Shown here piece after piece: positions 12,721-25,387 of a DNA stretch of 60,000 nucleotides. Source of the DNA: Felis catus. Taxonomy: Eukaryota. Numbering within the stretch: position 1 is the first letter of the stretch; every line of letters begins with the position of its first letter. A program made the position numbers and the translations under genes. The stretch spans positions 16,680,001 to 16,740,000 of the forward strand of contig NC_058369.1 of NCBI RefSeq assembly GCF_018350175.1, in the 5' to 3' direction. The notes under the pieces were generated by a model. That model saw only the letters and a list, made by a program, of their open reading frames with translations, was not told the DNA's origin and did not search any database.

Positions 12721-12988
12721 TGCAAAAGTGGCAATGATACACCTAATATTCACTAAGCATCCTCTTCAAGTAGAGCAAAAACTCTGTAGTTTGTGTGTTT
12801 ACCTCAAAGAAATGGTATCCTCACCCTAGTCTCAAGTCCAGGAATCAAAGAGGTGAGAAATCTTTACCCAATTACTATTAGGGAAGAAGGAAACTTTAGT
12901 AATTTGAGGACATCACTGTCAGCTGAACCCTTTACTGCAGAACCTGTGGACATAAATCTGGCTCCTCCACTCACCTTTGCTGAAAGCT

Positions 12989-13566
12989 GTGTATAACAAA
13001 ATTCATCTGAGTAAAGCTGAGCATCTCACTGGCTTTCTTCATTGATTCATGAATTAGCAGCAGTCCATTCAGCAAGTAGAAAGGCATTCAAAAGGAGCTG
13101 TGCAAAATGGGAGGCTTTTGTAGAGGGGCTGGGAAGGAAGTTTACTAACAAAGTGGATTATCTCAGACAACATTTCTTTTCTTTTAAGTTTATTTGTTTA
13201 TTTTGAGAGAGACTGTGTAAGCTGGGGACAGGCAGAGAGAGAGAGAGGGAGAGAGAGAGAACCCCAAGCAGGCTCAGTGCTGTCAGCTCAGAGCCCAATG
13301 CAGGGCTCCATCTCATGAACCATGACATTGTGAGCCAAAATCAAGTCAGACACTTAACTGACTGAGCCACTCAGGTGCCTCTCAGACAAGGTTTCTTTGG
13401 TGGGGAGGGTGTCTCTCATGCAGATGACTTCACTGGTGCTGACCAGGTAATCCCAGATCAACTGGTTAAAGATCACCTTCCTGGAAGTCACTGAAACTGC
13501 AATTCCATCTTGGTTTGCTGTGGGGGCAAGTGACTCTGTTTTTGGTCTGTTGTTCCTTTTTGAACA
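12989..13566. mobile_element. ERV1-like LTR interrupted by a minus-strand Can-SINE (about 13175-13380)
   Basis: TG...CA bounded segment; SINE TSD tctcagacaa. Confidence 0.5.
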
Positions 13567-14149
13567 ATGTGAATGTCTTTTTAGTATCTCCGAAGTACAC
13601 ATAGCAGTTGAGCAGCCAAAGCTGCTTGGAAATTCCAATGTCCATGAGTATTAAAATGTTGAATTTTTGAAATTTGGTTACTAAAATAAAATAATTATGA
13701 TTATTATATAGTATAATTAAAATAATTGTATAATAATTTTAAAATAAAATAATAATTAAAATCTGCATTTGACAAAATCTGCATTTGAACAAAATGTGTT
13801 TATAGTAGAACTCTGGTATACACAATTAAAAATGTTAAGGTATTGCCAAATTTGTATCCAAAATGTAGGTACTAATGTATATAGTATGTACCAATATGTA
13901 TATTTTAAGGCTCTGGAAATACACTGCCTAAGAGTCCTCCAGAAAACATAAGCCAACTGATTTTCTCCTAACACTGAAGAATAATGCCCATTTATCTGTT
14001 AAAGGAGGATTTTTCAAAGAAGTTGTAATCATGATTATCCTACAGGTATAAAATGAACATGTGTCAAAGATTTTTTTTAACTCCTTAATTAATGAGGGCA
14101 CCGCTAACATGTTATAGCTAGTACAAAGGAGAATATAACCCTTCCTTCT

Positions 14150-14205
14150 ATCCAACCATCTTTCCATCCATCTATCCATCCATCCATCCATCCATCTACC
14201 CATTC
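14150..14205. repeat. (TCCA)n simple repeat
   Basis: Degenerate tcca units. Confidence 0.85.
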
Positions 14206-14217
14206 ATTAATCTACTC

Positions 14218-14421
14218 CAGTCGTTCTTAAACCAGGGCAGTTCTGTCCCCAGAGAACATTTGGAAATGTCTAAAGACATTTTGGGCTGTATAACTGGGGG
14301 ATGTTTCTGGCATCTTGTGGATAATGGTCGGAGATGCTGATAAACATCCTATAACACACAGGATCTCCCCCAACAAATAATTGACCTAAAATGTCAGTAG
14401 AGCCAAGATTGAGAATCCCTC
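14218..14421. mobile_element. MER20 hAT-Charlie DNA transposon
   Basis: cagtcgttcttaaacca...acatttggaaatgtctaaagacattttg...aaaatgtcagtagagccaagattgagaatccct. Confidence 0.85.
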
Positions 14422-14471
14422 ATATGTCCCCATCCGACAACCTACCCACCCATACACCCACACCCATCTGT

Positions 14472-14686
14472 TTTTTTAAGTATTATTTATTATTTATTTT
14501 TTTGAGAGAGAGGGACAGCACGAATGGGGAGGGGTCAAAGAGAGAGGGAGAGCACGAATCCCAAGCAGGCTCTGCACTGTCAGCACAGAGCTCAACACAG
14601 GGTTCAAACTCATGGAAACTGTGAGATCATGACCTGAGTCAAAACCAAGAGTCACATGCTTAACCGACTGAACCACCCAGGTGCCT
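14472..14686 (-). mobile_element. Can-SINE with TSD cacacccatct
   Basis: Reverse consensus plus direct repeat. Confidence 0.9.
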
Positions 14687-15001
14687 CACACACCCATCTA
14701 TTTCAATGTTTATGGAACACCTGTCACAATGTCTCTCAGTCTTGACTGCAAATCAGAGTCACCTGTGCACATATACAACCTACACGTGCCCAGGTATTCC
14801 CTTTGAGTATTTGGATTTTTATAATCAGAAATTATGGAAGTTTGTGAATTGAAAGTTAATCAGCAGAGAAGCTTCTATGCTTATTTCTAAGACAGTATAT
14901 GATATTAAATAATTGCTAAGATTAACAAAAAATGTATCACCATATTAATCAGGGAATATACCAAAGGTGAAAAACAAATAAATGTCCAGTACTCCTTCTA
15001 C

Positions 15002-15397
15002 CAGGGTAGTCTCAACTGAATGTACACATTAGAAACACTTGGGGGCTTTTAAAAAATACTGACGCCCAGATCCCAGAGGCTCTGATTTAATTGGTCTAGG
15101 ATGTGCCTTAGGCATCAGGATTTTATAAAAGCACCCTAGATAATTATAATGTGCAACCAGGGGTAAGAACAGCTGTGCCATGGGGGACCTGGGTGGCTCA
15201 GTTGGTTAAGTGTCCTGACTCTTGATTTCAGATCAGGTCAAGGTCTCACGGTTCATGGTATCAAGCCCTACGTCAGGATCTGTGCTGACAGAGTGGAGCC
15301 TGCTTGAGTATCTCTGACTCCCTCTTTCTCTGCCCCTTCCTCACTTTCTAAACAAACAAACAAACAAACAAACAAACAAACAAACATTTAAAAAAAA
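15002..15397. mobile_element. MER5B-like element (about 15002-15175) followed by a + strand Can-SINE with (AAAC)n tail
   Basis: ctgatttaattggtctaggatgtgccttaggcatcaggatttt; SINE TSD aagaacagctg. Confidence 0.75.
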
Positions 15398-16074
15398 GAA
15401 CAGCTGCATCCGAACTCAAAGAAATGCACTTCTCTTTTTCTTTATTGGCTAATTTTTTTTGGCGTGTTCGTAACAGGTTTTTTCTTTTTCAATTTAGAGT
15501 CTAATCTTAAAATAATGTTTGAGTTAATCTGCATCCTCTTTGTCCTTGGATTCTTGGCTTGCTTTATTTTGTGTGTGTGGGATTGACCTAGAATCACAGG
15601 CCCCCAGAATTGTAGGATTGCCGACCATCAAGGGAAGGGCTCTTAAGTCATTTTCTGCTTCTGGAGCTTTTCAAGAAAGTGGCATTGGCAGAAGACCATG
15701 AGGTCTGTTCCAGGAGCTAATTATACATCTTTACTAATATTAGAATACTCAAACAGATGGTAACAAAATTTAGGTGAAAAGATTTAAAGGAATGGAAACA
15801 CCTAAATACCATTAGATGTTCCTCTCACTAACATCCAGGCTTGTGCTGCAGAAGACCTGGTTTTGTGTCAGGTTTGAGAAAAGTCACGTCTCAGGTCCAA
15901 AATCTTTCTTAGCTTTGGACACCATTGCTGCTGCCACCACCATGTTTTTCTGTAGCTGTGGGTCTTTTTAATGTTCTTCCTAGATGTCAAAACTCCCATT
16001 CTTTTCTAAGGCCCCCACCCCAACAGAAGGGATTCTTACCTTATGCAGCCTTCTGCCATTCTGGGGGAACAGGA

Positions 16075-16290
16075 ATAATAACAGATATTTATGGAAGGCT
16101 TTAGGCATTGTGAAGTCTTCATAGACTTTATCTCCCATGATCCTTTTAGCGTCCCTGTAGTGGAGAGGGCAGTGATAGCTGCTGCCTCCTTTTTACAGAT
16201 GTAGAGACTGAGACTCAGAGAAGTGTGCCCAAGGTCTCAGACGCTGAGTGGCAGCATCTGGACTTGCAGTTCTCAGATCCAGTGTTACCT
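16075..16290 (-). mobile_element. MIR
   Basis: ttttacagatgtagagactgagactcagagaagt core. Confidence 0.75.
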
Positions 16291-16417
16291 TCTCGTACAC
16301 CTGGCCACATGTGTGGCCCCACACATTCTCTCGTTCAACTTGCCCACTTTCTGCAGAAGGCCAGGGCACTGGCCCATAGTAAATCATCCCCAAATTTAAG
16401 AATAGTACTTGTCTACT

Positions 16418-16418
<1 letters not shown>

Positions 16419-16459
<41 letters not shown>
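16419..16459. repeat. (CA)n microsatellite
   Basis: About 20 CA units. Confidence 0.95.
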
Positions 16460-16461
<2 letters not shown>

Positions 16462-17899
16462 CCCCAGCTTCGTAATGCCTTTTATAGCTTTTCTGGCTAG
16501 AACAGATTGTCCTTCAAGCAACTTGTAACAGGAAAATCCCACCTGTGTTCAGAAATCCATCTCTCACAAGCCACTTAAGTCATCAAATCACACTGTCGTG
16601 TCTGGCCTCGAGGGAAGCCCCTTCCCTATGTGTAAGACCCCCTTTTTCCTTCTAGCCTTTGCGGATACGTTTCTGCAAACAGGGTGCCTCTCCCTTTATT
16701 GTTGGAAAGCTGAGCTGGCAGAAGTGTCTGTCATCTGCTCATAGACAGATTGTTTTTATTAAAATATTATTTATAAAGTAGATATTTTCGTTAATAATAG
16801 CAATTCATATTTAATAAATTAAAATTTCAAAAGGGAAAAACATCACTTCTAGTTTCATCCGGAAACAACCATTGACCTTTCAACATTTTAGTCTTTTTTT
16901 ATTCAAATATAAATGTATCTATGTATTGGATATGTGAATTAGCTTTTTCACACCTGCTTTTACAGAATCACAGAATTTAAATTTAGAAGGAACTCAGAGG
17001 CCTCAAAGTCCTGTCTTCCTGGTTTAAGGATTCCTTTCACATGGACCTTCACTGGGGCTGCTCAGACACGGCTTGCATCCTCCAGGGACTGGGGGCCCAG
17101 TTTGCACCAAGACCATCCATTCTGGGTTTAGAAACTTCATCTTGTTTTTTCCTCCTGAGGGGCAGAAAATCCACTACCCCCACCCCTGTCCCACAGCCCG
17201 CTTTGGACTTCACTTCTCAGATTGAATATCTTTAATTTCTGTGACTATCCCTTACTTGACAGTGTTTTCAGAGCCCTTCGTGATGCTGGTCACCCTCCAC
17301 TGGGCAGTCTGTCCAGCTAAAACCCTGCCTCCAGCCCCCAACGTGAAGTTCCAAGTGCAGCCTGGCTGACGTGGTATACAGTGGGACGACTACTTCCCTA
17401 ACTCTAGATGCCTGACCTCCAGTAACCACCCACGATGACACCAGGTATATTTTTAGCAACTACTTCTCTCTGTCAGCTTTTGGATTGGTCTTTAAAGGCC
17501 ATCAGAATCAGGGTTAATTAAAGAAAGATAATGCCAGTCTCAATGCTGCCTTTTCAAATTCAAAATCCATTTTGGGGAGTAGAAACGGAGCCCAACGTTT
17601 GGGGGGGGATGTATGTTTGTACGTTCACCATTTATCAGACATAATGCTGGGCACATTCATATCCTTCTCTTGTACTTGGTTGAGGCCCAGCTGTGCGCTA
17701 GACATACATGGTGCCAGGATTATTAATCATTGTTTTACCCATGAAAAAAGGCTGGGAAATTGGACACCTTGACCCAGGTTCCATGCCAGTAAGATATGGA
17801 GTCCCAGTTTAACTTGTATGTCTTGGCCCAAAGCCTGTGCTCTACCCCTATAATGTATTGCCTCAAATATGTGCAGCCTGTTATCAAGAGTCAAGTCCA

Positions 17900-18113
17900 G
17901 GGGTGCCTGGGTGGCTCAGTAGGTTGAGCGTCCGACTTCAGCTCAGGTCATGATCTTGAAGTTCATGAGTTTGAGCCCTGCATCAGGCTCTGTGCTGATG
18001 GCTCAGAACCTGGAGCCTGCTTTGGATTCTGTGTCTCCCTCTCTCTCTTCCCCTCCCCCAATCATGATCTGTCTCTCTCTCTCTCTCTCTCAAAAATAAA
18101 CATTAAAAAAAAA
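17900..18113 (+). mobile_element. Can-SINE with TSD agtcaagtccag
   Basis: Consensus plus direct repeat. Confidence 0.9.
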
Positions 18114-18729
18114 AGTCAAGTCCAGAGTGAGACTCCCCAGGCCCAGCTGATGGGGGCCGTGGGTGGGGGGCGGTGAGTGGATTAGTACCTCCATACGATG
18201 CCAGGGACACAACAACAGAGGTGTCTGAGCCCTCCAGGTTAAAGATTATGGAGGACATGGAAGGACTACCCGGAGTTCTTTATCCTATCTTGAATCTCTG
18301 CACTTCTGAAGGAAACTTGGGTGCTATAATGGTCCAATCGTATCCTTTTCATTATACTTTTATAACATAGATCATTAAAAATTCTATCATTAATTACTTT
18401 AATGATTTTGTCATATTATTTCACTAAAAATCCCACGATACATAGCAACCATCTTTTTTCCCCCTTTGGTTCCATTCATCTGTGTGTGAATTTGTACTTT
18501 TATTGGGGAGTCCCAGGAAATAGTGGAGAACCTGTCTCAGAGTTGTCCCACCAAGGGAGAGGAGGTAAGGGTGCTCATCTACCAACTCACTGGTTGAGTT
18601 GCTCCTGAATGTGTTAACTCTCTGGCATTTGGGCCCACTTTGCAGCAAATAAGTACCTATGGTTGAGAAAGCCTTTATGTAGAAAGCTACAGATGCTTTC
18701 GGTGGGAACCTACTAGCAGGAATGGAAAG

Positions 18730-19555
18730 TGCATGGGGTTATGATCAAGGCATGGCAGTATCTGCTACAGAAGGTGACATTTAAGCAAAGACTTGAAGGA
18801 AGTGAGAGACTGCGCCATGTGGACATCTGGGAGAATATTTCAGGCAGAGGAAAACAGCCAGTAAGTACAAAGGTCCTGAGGCAGGAGCTCCCGGGCATGT
18901 CCGAAGAACAGTAAGGAGGCCCACATGGCTGGAGCATAGTGAGCAAGGGGGAGAAGAGAGAAGAGAGTGAAGTCATAGGAGACAAAATCATGTAGGGCCT
19001 TCGAGTTGCTTTGAGGAATTGGGTTTCACTCTGGGAGAAACAGGAACCATGTGACGTTTGAAAAGATGTGTCACATGGTCTAACTTCTATTTCAAAAGGA
19101 TCAACCAGGCAGCTGTTCTGGAAATGGACTATATAAGACCAGGGGAGGAAGCAAGGACATAGGAAGTTGCTGCAATATCCAGGCAAGAGATGACAATGGC
19201 TTAGGTCAAAACAGGGGCAGTAGAAGTAGGAAGTGGTCAAATGTTTAATGTAGTAGGAAGGTAAAGTCCATTGGATCTCTTGACAGATTTGATATGGGGT
19301 GTTGGGGGGAAGAGAAGTATAAAACTACTAAGGATTTAGCCTGAGCAATTGGGCTGAGATTAGGGAGACTTTGGGTGGGGCATATCTGGGGGACAATTAG
19401 GCATTTAGTTTTAAGCATGGTGATTTGTAGATGTCTTAACAGACATTCAAATGGAGATGCCACGTTAACAGGTTTGGAGCTCAGGAGAGCAGTCTAGTCT
19501 AGATATATAAGATGGATAATTGGCTATGAATGCTGGATGAGCTCACTAAGAGAGT
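18730..19555 (-). mobile_element. L2 LINE fragment
   Basis: gaaggtgacatttaagcaaagacttgaagga...caggcagaggaaaacag...aaaggtcctgaggcagga. Confidence 0.85.
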
Positions 19556-19800
19556 GATCTCCTTGGGATCGCCTCCGAATCTGTGATTATCTGTATCCTG
19601 GCACTTCTCATGCTGTCTACCATGTCTCTTATCCACACATTCAATCTTTCTCTTCATCCCACTATGCTACATTCCAGGCAATTTCTTCAGATCAAACATC
19701 CAGGTCAGCAATTCTCTCTTTTGCTGTTTCTAGTCTGTCATTTAAACTTTTAGAACTACAATTTTTCATTCCCACAGGTTTCACTTTAAAAAAAAATCTG

Positions 19801-20025
19801 GGGGCGCCTGGGTGGCGCAGTCGGTTAAGCGTCCGACTTCAGCCAGGTCACGATCTCGCGGTCCGTGAGTTCCAGCCCCGCGGCAGGCTCTGGGCTGATG
19901 GCTCCGAGCCTGGAGCCTGTTTCCGATTCTGTGTCTCCCTCTCTCTCTGCCCCTCCCCCGTTCATGCTCTCTCTCTGTCCCAAAAATAAATAAAAAACGT
20001 TGAAAAAAAAATTAAAAAAAAAAAA
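19801..20025 (+). mobile_element. Young CpG-rich feline Can-SINE, TSD aaaaaatctg
   Basis: ggggcgcctgggtggcgcagtcggttaagcgtccgacttcagccagg with most CpGs intact. Confidence 0.95.
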
Positions 20026-20334
20026 TCTGTGCTCTATTTTGATAGCCTTTATCATATCGATTCCTACTTTTGTCTTTGTTTAAAACATATGTTGTATAAT
20101 CTTTATTCAATAATTTGTTATCTGAAGTTCTTAAAATCTGACCATGCTCTCATTATGCCTCCACTATGACAGGCTGTTTCCACACACACATGTGCATGCA
20201 TATGTGTGTGTTTAATCTTTGGAGCTCATGTTTATGAGGGTCTTGTGGGAGTGTTGTGTGGCTCAGTAAGGGCATGTACAGATTTTTTTTTTTTTTTTTT
20301 TTTACTCTGCTGGGTGTTTTATCCTTGGGCTAAG

Positions 20335-20565
20335 TTTTTTTTTTTTTAGTTTTTTAATGTTTTTATTTATTTTTGAGAGAGAGACAGACAGACAGAACAT
20401 GATCAGGGGAGGGGCAGAGAGAGAGAGGGAGACACAGAATCTGAAGCAGGCTCCAGGCTCGGAGCCATCAGCACAGAGCCCGATGTGGGACTTGAACTCA
20501 CAAGCTGTGAGATCATGACCCGAGTCAAAGTCAGATGCTGAACCAACTGAGCCACGCAAGCGCCC
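20335..20565 (-). mobile_element. Can-SINE
   Basis: Reverse consensus; TSD-like tgggctaa. Confidence 0.9.
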
Positions 20566-22469
20566 CTCTCTGGGCTAATTTCTACACTAATTCCTCAGGC
20601 TGGGGGTTCCTGGACACAGTGTAAATCTGAATCCCAAACCTGTGCATGGTTGCAAATTCTCTCAGGACTTGTTTCCCCTCATCTCTAGAAACTTTTCCCC
20701 CAAAAGCGGGGGAATTTTTTCTAGCTTACCTCTTAATGAAGGATGAAGCCTTCAAGGTGCCAGCTTTATGCCCAAGTTCCCACTTCCAACTTCCTATAGG
20801 GCATGGCCAGAGCCTTATTTCTCACACTTATGTGGACATTCACACTCAAGGGCAACAATCCACGCACACCCCTTCCTACCCCTAGCAGCCACAGCCAGTT
20901 CCCATGCTGACCACTGGGGTTTTCAGTTCTCCAGCTCCTGGCAGTTCTCTGTCTCTTCCTGCAAATTTAGCTTTGCATTGAAAAGAATTTCTACTTGAGC
21001 CAGCATTTCTGTTTGTAGCAGGAGTATTTTCAGGTTATCTTATCTGTCCCATGTTGGAACCGGAAGTCCCCTCAGGGATGATTTTGGTGGTCAGATTAGC
21101 TCAGCAGAAACTATTTTCTAGAACAACAGGCCCATTTGAGTGGACGTGATGCCCCCTAGCTCCCTGTCATGTTGGAAGCATCTGCTCCCGTGAGGAGTTT
21201 GTGGAGGGTGATCTGCCAGGCACCATCCTGGCTTATTTCTCTGGCTCTGCCCACATTGATGATTACTTGGTTCACTTTGTGCCACAGAGGCCTTTGTCGT
21301 AATGAATTGAGCTAGAGACCAATGTGCCCAGCTGCCATGACAGAGGCCTAGCTCGCCCTGGCCAGCAGGCCCCAGGACTGGCTGTCTAGAAATCCTATGG
21401 AGCGACGTCCAGTAGGGCCATGCCATTGCAGCCAGTGGCAGAGAATGAAGGGAAGGGGGACCAGTAATGCCACAAACAGCTGCTTCCTATGGCCCCCAGA
21501 AGATGATGTACCCCATTTGCTATGGCCTATTTCCTGAGATGCCCTAAAGACCTGGGAACCCCAAACAAGTCCCGGTAAGAGCAGGGGAAGCCGAGAAAGG
21601 AAAGAATCAGGTGCAGCCCGAGGCCTGCACTAGCTGGGAGGGCAGGCAGAGCCTGGGCAGACTCGTCTATTTGGCCACAATCAAAGGAGACATGAGGACT
21701 GACCAGTAGGGCTGTGTGCACACCATTAGTGCCGATCAGTGACAGTCCCCATGTGTGTCATCCAGGGTGAGGGAGCGGGGGCACTTCAAAGCCGCTCTGC
21801 GAAGCCTCGGTGTAGTAGGAGCCTCTGAAAGCTGTTTTAGCACCATTATGTATCAGTCAGTGAAAGTGAAAGGGGCTGAAGAGGAAGAGGGCAGAGACCT
21901 CACGGATGCCTTTCTACTTTCTCTGTTCCACAAACCCCCATCCATCTGCTCACTGCTGGGCTGAAGGACAGGGTCACCGAGTGTTTGAATGGACTGATGC
22001 CATCCAGTTCAACCTTCTATCTGGTACAGGTTCTGCGACCTCCTTGCCAGACAGCCTCCCACTGTGGGGCTCTTGCTGCTAACTTCATGTAGGGCTGTGT
22101 TCATTTTAAGCCTCTTCTTATTCTGAGATAAAAATCTGCCTTTCAGCCATTTCCACCTAGACCCATTCCTCTGCTGGTTGCTGAGGAAGAAGGGCCTCCC
22201 GCTTTCACTGGCTCAGGAACACAGACAGGATGTCCCAAGAGAACCTACAGTCTGACAGGGACTGAGAGAACCAGGGCTCCTCAGAACTAGCTCCCCCCAA
22301 GAATGCCCATCCAAGGAAGGAAAGAGGGTGACCAGTGGGACAAAGGCAAGCCAGAGGAAGGTGGCCGAGCTACTTTTTCCCTTTCTTACCGGAGACTCGG
22401 TTCTGACCCCACCTGTGCATAGGGAAGCATCCTCCTGGACGGGAAATAAAATCAGGCTCTTGAGTGAGC

Positions 22470-22727
22470 ACTGAACGTCCAAGCTAGAAAATTATTTTAT
22501 CCTGTCCCTGCATATAAAACAGTGAATTGAAACCAAAAGTGGTCTGTGAAGATGAGTGTCCTGTGAAGGATGTTCCTGTTGGGAGGCAGGCCATCGTGAG
22601 TCCTCTGGGCTGGGCTCCAGCATTGGAGCAGGCTGTCTGGAACTCTGGGCAAGGGGTTTGGCAGCCCCACTCCAGAGCAGCAGGAGTTACTGGGGGTCTT
22701 GTCCTTGAAGGCACTGGCGATGAATCC
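22470..22727 (-). other. KIF9: Probable KIF9 3' UTR (end uncertain; variant poly(A) signal GATAAA at 22496-22501)
   Basis: Unique sequence after the stop codon; no canonical minus-strand AATAAA seen nearby. Confidence 0.45.
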
Positions 22728-22778
22728 CTATTTTCTGTGTGCCTGCTGGAGGCCCATCATGGTTTTCAAGTAATTGTG
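22728..22778 (-). CDS. KIF9: KIF9 last coding exon: [16 protein letters not shown]
   Basis: Polypyrimidine tract ttttctccccctttctgcgtccag|CAC; TAG at 22728-22730; follows an 11.5-kb intron. Confidence 0.93.
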   Translation of the reverse strand, partial: HNYLKTMMGLQQAHRK

Positions 22779-24547
22779 CTGGACGCAGAAAGGGGGAGAA
22801 AACAGGAATTGATTAGCAGGTATGGAATTAAGAACCAGAAGCCATGCCGCTTACACCCACCCCACCCTTCATCCTGCAAACATCACATTCTGGGGACGAG
22901 GATGCCCACTGACCAGCCCCAATTCTGTTGAGAAATAATGTTCCATTCATCCCCTTTCATATTTTCATCCTAAAGAAAGTGTGTAAAACTGTTTTAAAAT
23001 GGTGTGGCAGGCATGTTTAAAAGAGATGCGTATGCTCCAAAGGCCCACTTGAAAGTTTCTGGCAAGAATTAGGTTCAAAAAGAAAAGAAGAGCGTTCTGT
23101 CTCCACAGGGGTGGGCACACGTGTATTCCGAAGGGCCCTCCCTCTGCAAACCAGATTGATGTTCACAAATTCTTCCCTTTTAATGCAGTTCTAGGCCCTC
23201 AGAAAGCAGGTGGGAAAGGTACGCTGAAACAGAAACAGTGGGCAGTAAGCAAGCAAGTCCTAAAACCAACTTGAAATGTAGGTATGAATCCTCGATCCTC
23301 CACAACGTGGGAACGGAAACTGAAGCTCCCGTATTCAGCCAGAATTCTTTTCTACCCCCAATGTTTTTATTGTGGCAAAATACCTACCTTACATAAAAAT
23401 TTCCCATTTTAACCATTAAATTTTTTAAATTATTAGTTTAGAGAGAGGGTGCGTGCACAAGTGGGAGAGGGGGAGAGGGAGAAGGAAAGAGAATCTTAGG
23501 TAGGCTCCATGCTCAGTGTGGAGCCTGATGTGGGGCTCGATCCCCTGACCTGGGATCATGACCTGAGCCAGAACCAAGAGTCAGATGCCCAACGAACTGG
23601 GCCCCCCATCTTAACCATTTTTAAGTGTACAGTTTGGTGATGTACTGATAATGTGCAACCACCACTATCACCCATCTCTGTATGTCTTTTCGTCTGGCAA
23701 AACCGAAATTCCATACCAATTAAACACTCACTCCTCATTCCCCTACCCCCGAGACCCTACCAACCACCATTCTATTTACTGTCTCTATGATTCTGGCCAC
23801 TCCAAGCACCTCATGTGAATGGAATCATATAGCTAATTTGCCTTTTTGTAACTGGCTTATTTCACTTAGTGGCTGGACTATTTTATATTCCCGCCAATAG
23901 CACACACACAACGGTTCCAATTATTCCACATCCTCACCAATACCTGTTATTTTGTTGTTGTTGTTGTTTTGTTTTGTTTTGTTTTTTTTCTGGATCATTG
24001 CCATCCTAATGGGTATAAGGAGGTATCTTGTAGTTTTAATTTGCCTTTTCCTGATGATTTGTGACATTGAGCATCTTTTCATACGCTTACCGTCCATCTG
24101 TATATTGTCTTTTGAGAAATGTCTACTCTTTGCCCATTTTTTAGTTTTAAAGTTCTCTAGAGGGGGGCCTGGGTGGCTCAGCTGGCTAAGCATCCAACTT
24201 CGGCTCGGGTTGGATCTTAGAGTTTATGGGTTTGAGCCTGTGTCAGCATAGAGCCCGGAGCCTGCTTCAGATTCTGTCTCCCTCTCTCTCTGCCCCTCTC
24301 CCATTTGCACTCTATCTCTGTCTTTCAAAAATAAACATTAAAAAATTAAAAAAAAAAAGAAGTTCTCTATATATTCAGGATATTAATCCCTTATCAAGTT
24401 GGAATTTTTGAAGGGAAGTTAAAACGGCCCTGGGTTGGCAATGCCCTGTGGCTAACTGCAAAATCAAGTGCAAATGCCATCAGGGGGAAAGAATGCACTT
24501 ATGCACTCATGACTCCTACACCTTCAGTTCAATCAAACATGAACTTA

Positions 24548-24598
<51 letters not shown>

Positions 24599-25341
24599 TA
24601 AAAGCCACCATAAGAGAAATTTAGCAAAATGGAAAACATTTTGACCTTGAAAAATCTGATCCTGTGTACTTTACGTATAAAAATATATATGAAAAGTTTA
24701 AATAAATATTAAGATGGAATGGCTCAAGTATAACATTTACATATCAAGTTTCTGTGTTGGCATGTCTTTTTCTTTCCTTCCTTCTTCTTTCTTTCCTTCC
24801 TTCTTTCCTTTCTTTCCTTCCTTCTTTCCTTTCTCTCTTCTCTTCCCCCCCTCCCCCCTCCCCTCCCCTCCTCTCCCCTCCCCTCCCCTCCCCTCCCCTC
24901 CCCTCCCCTCCCCTCCCCTTGCCTCCTCTCCTCTCCTCTCCTCTCATAGGTTCCACACTGGGCTTAAACTCATGACCCTGAGATAAAGACCTGAGCTGAG
25001 ATCAAGAGTCAGGTGTTTAACTGACTGAGTCATCCAGGCGCCCCATGTGGGCACATCTTAAACATAAAAATTGTCCAATGCAGAGTTCTCCTAGAGATTG
25101 AGGGATGGTGGGAGAATATAATACTGACCTATAGAAATGCAAGACTCCCCTGTTGAATGATTTAGAATTTAAATGTTTATCTGAGACTTTGGAAGTAAAG
25201 ACAACACAAGGTTATGGGGCACCTGGGTGGCTCAATCTGTTATGCTTCCAACTCTTGGTTTTGGCTCAGATCATGATCTCATGGTTTGTGAATTTGATCC
25301 CTACATTGAGCTCTGCATTGACAGCACAGAGCCTATTTGGG

Positions 25342-25387
<46 letters not shown>

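Larger units (their letters stand above)
19560..21070 (-). mobile_element. Old L1/HAL1 5' region (ORF1 remnant and 5' end), with nested SINEs
   Basis: aatttcttcagatc...aattctctcttttgctgtttctagtctg; terminal catgttggaaccggaagtc resembles an L1 5' start in reverse. Confidence 0.5.

Noticed and set aside
15420..16070. Repeat-free block that might hold an exon or conserved element
   Set aside because: No convincing ORF, splice pair or motif visible; needs conservation data.
18713..19240. 175-aa minus-strand ORF
   Set aside because: Lies inside a degraded L2 element.
19801..19880. tRNA-like A/B box sequence
   Set aside because: It is the tRNA-derived head of a Can-SINE, not a tRNA gene.
21059..21071. 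Overlapping ETS (ACCGGAAGT) and NF-kB-like (GGGGACTTCC) motifs
   Set aside because: Probably the 5' terminus of an old L1/HAL1 element; single short motifs are weak evidence.
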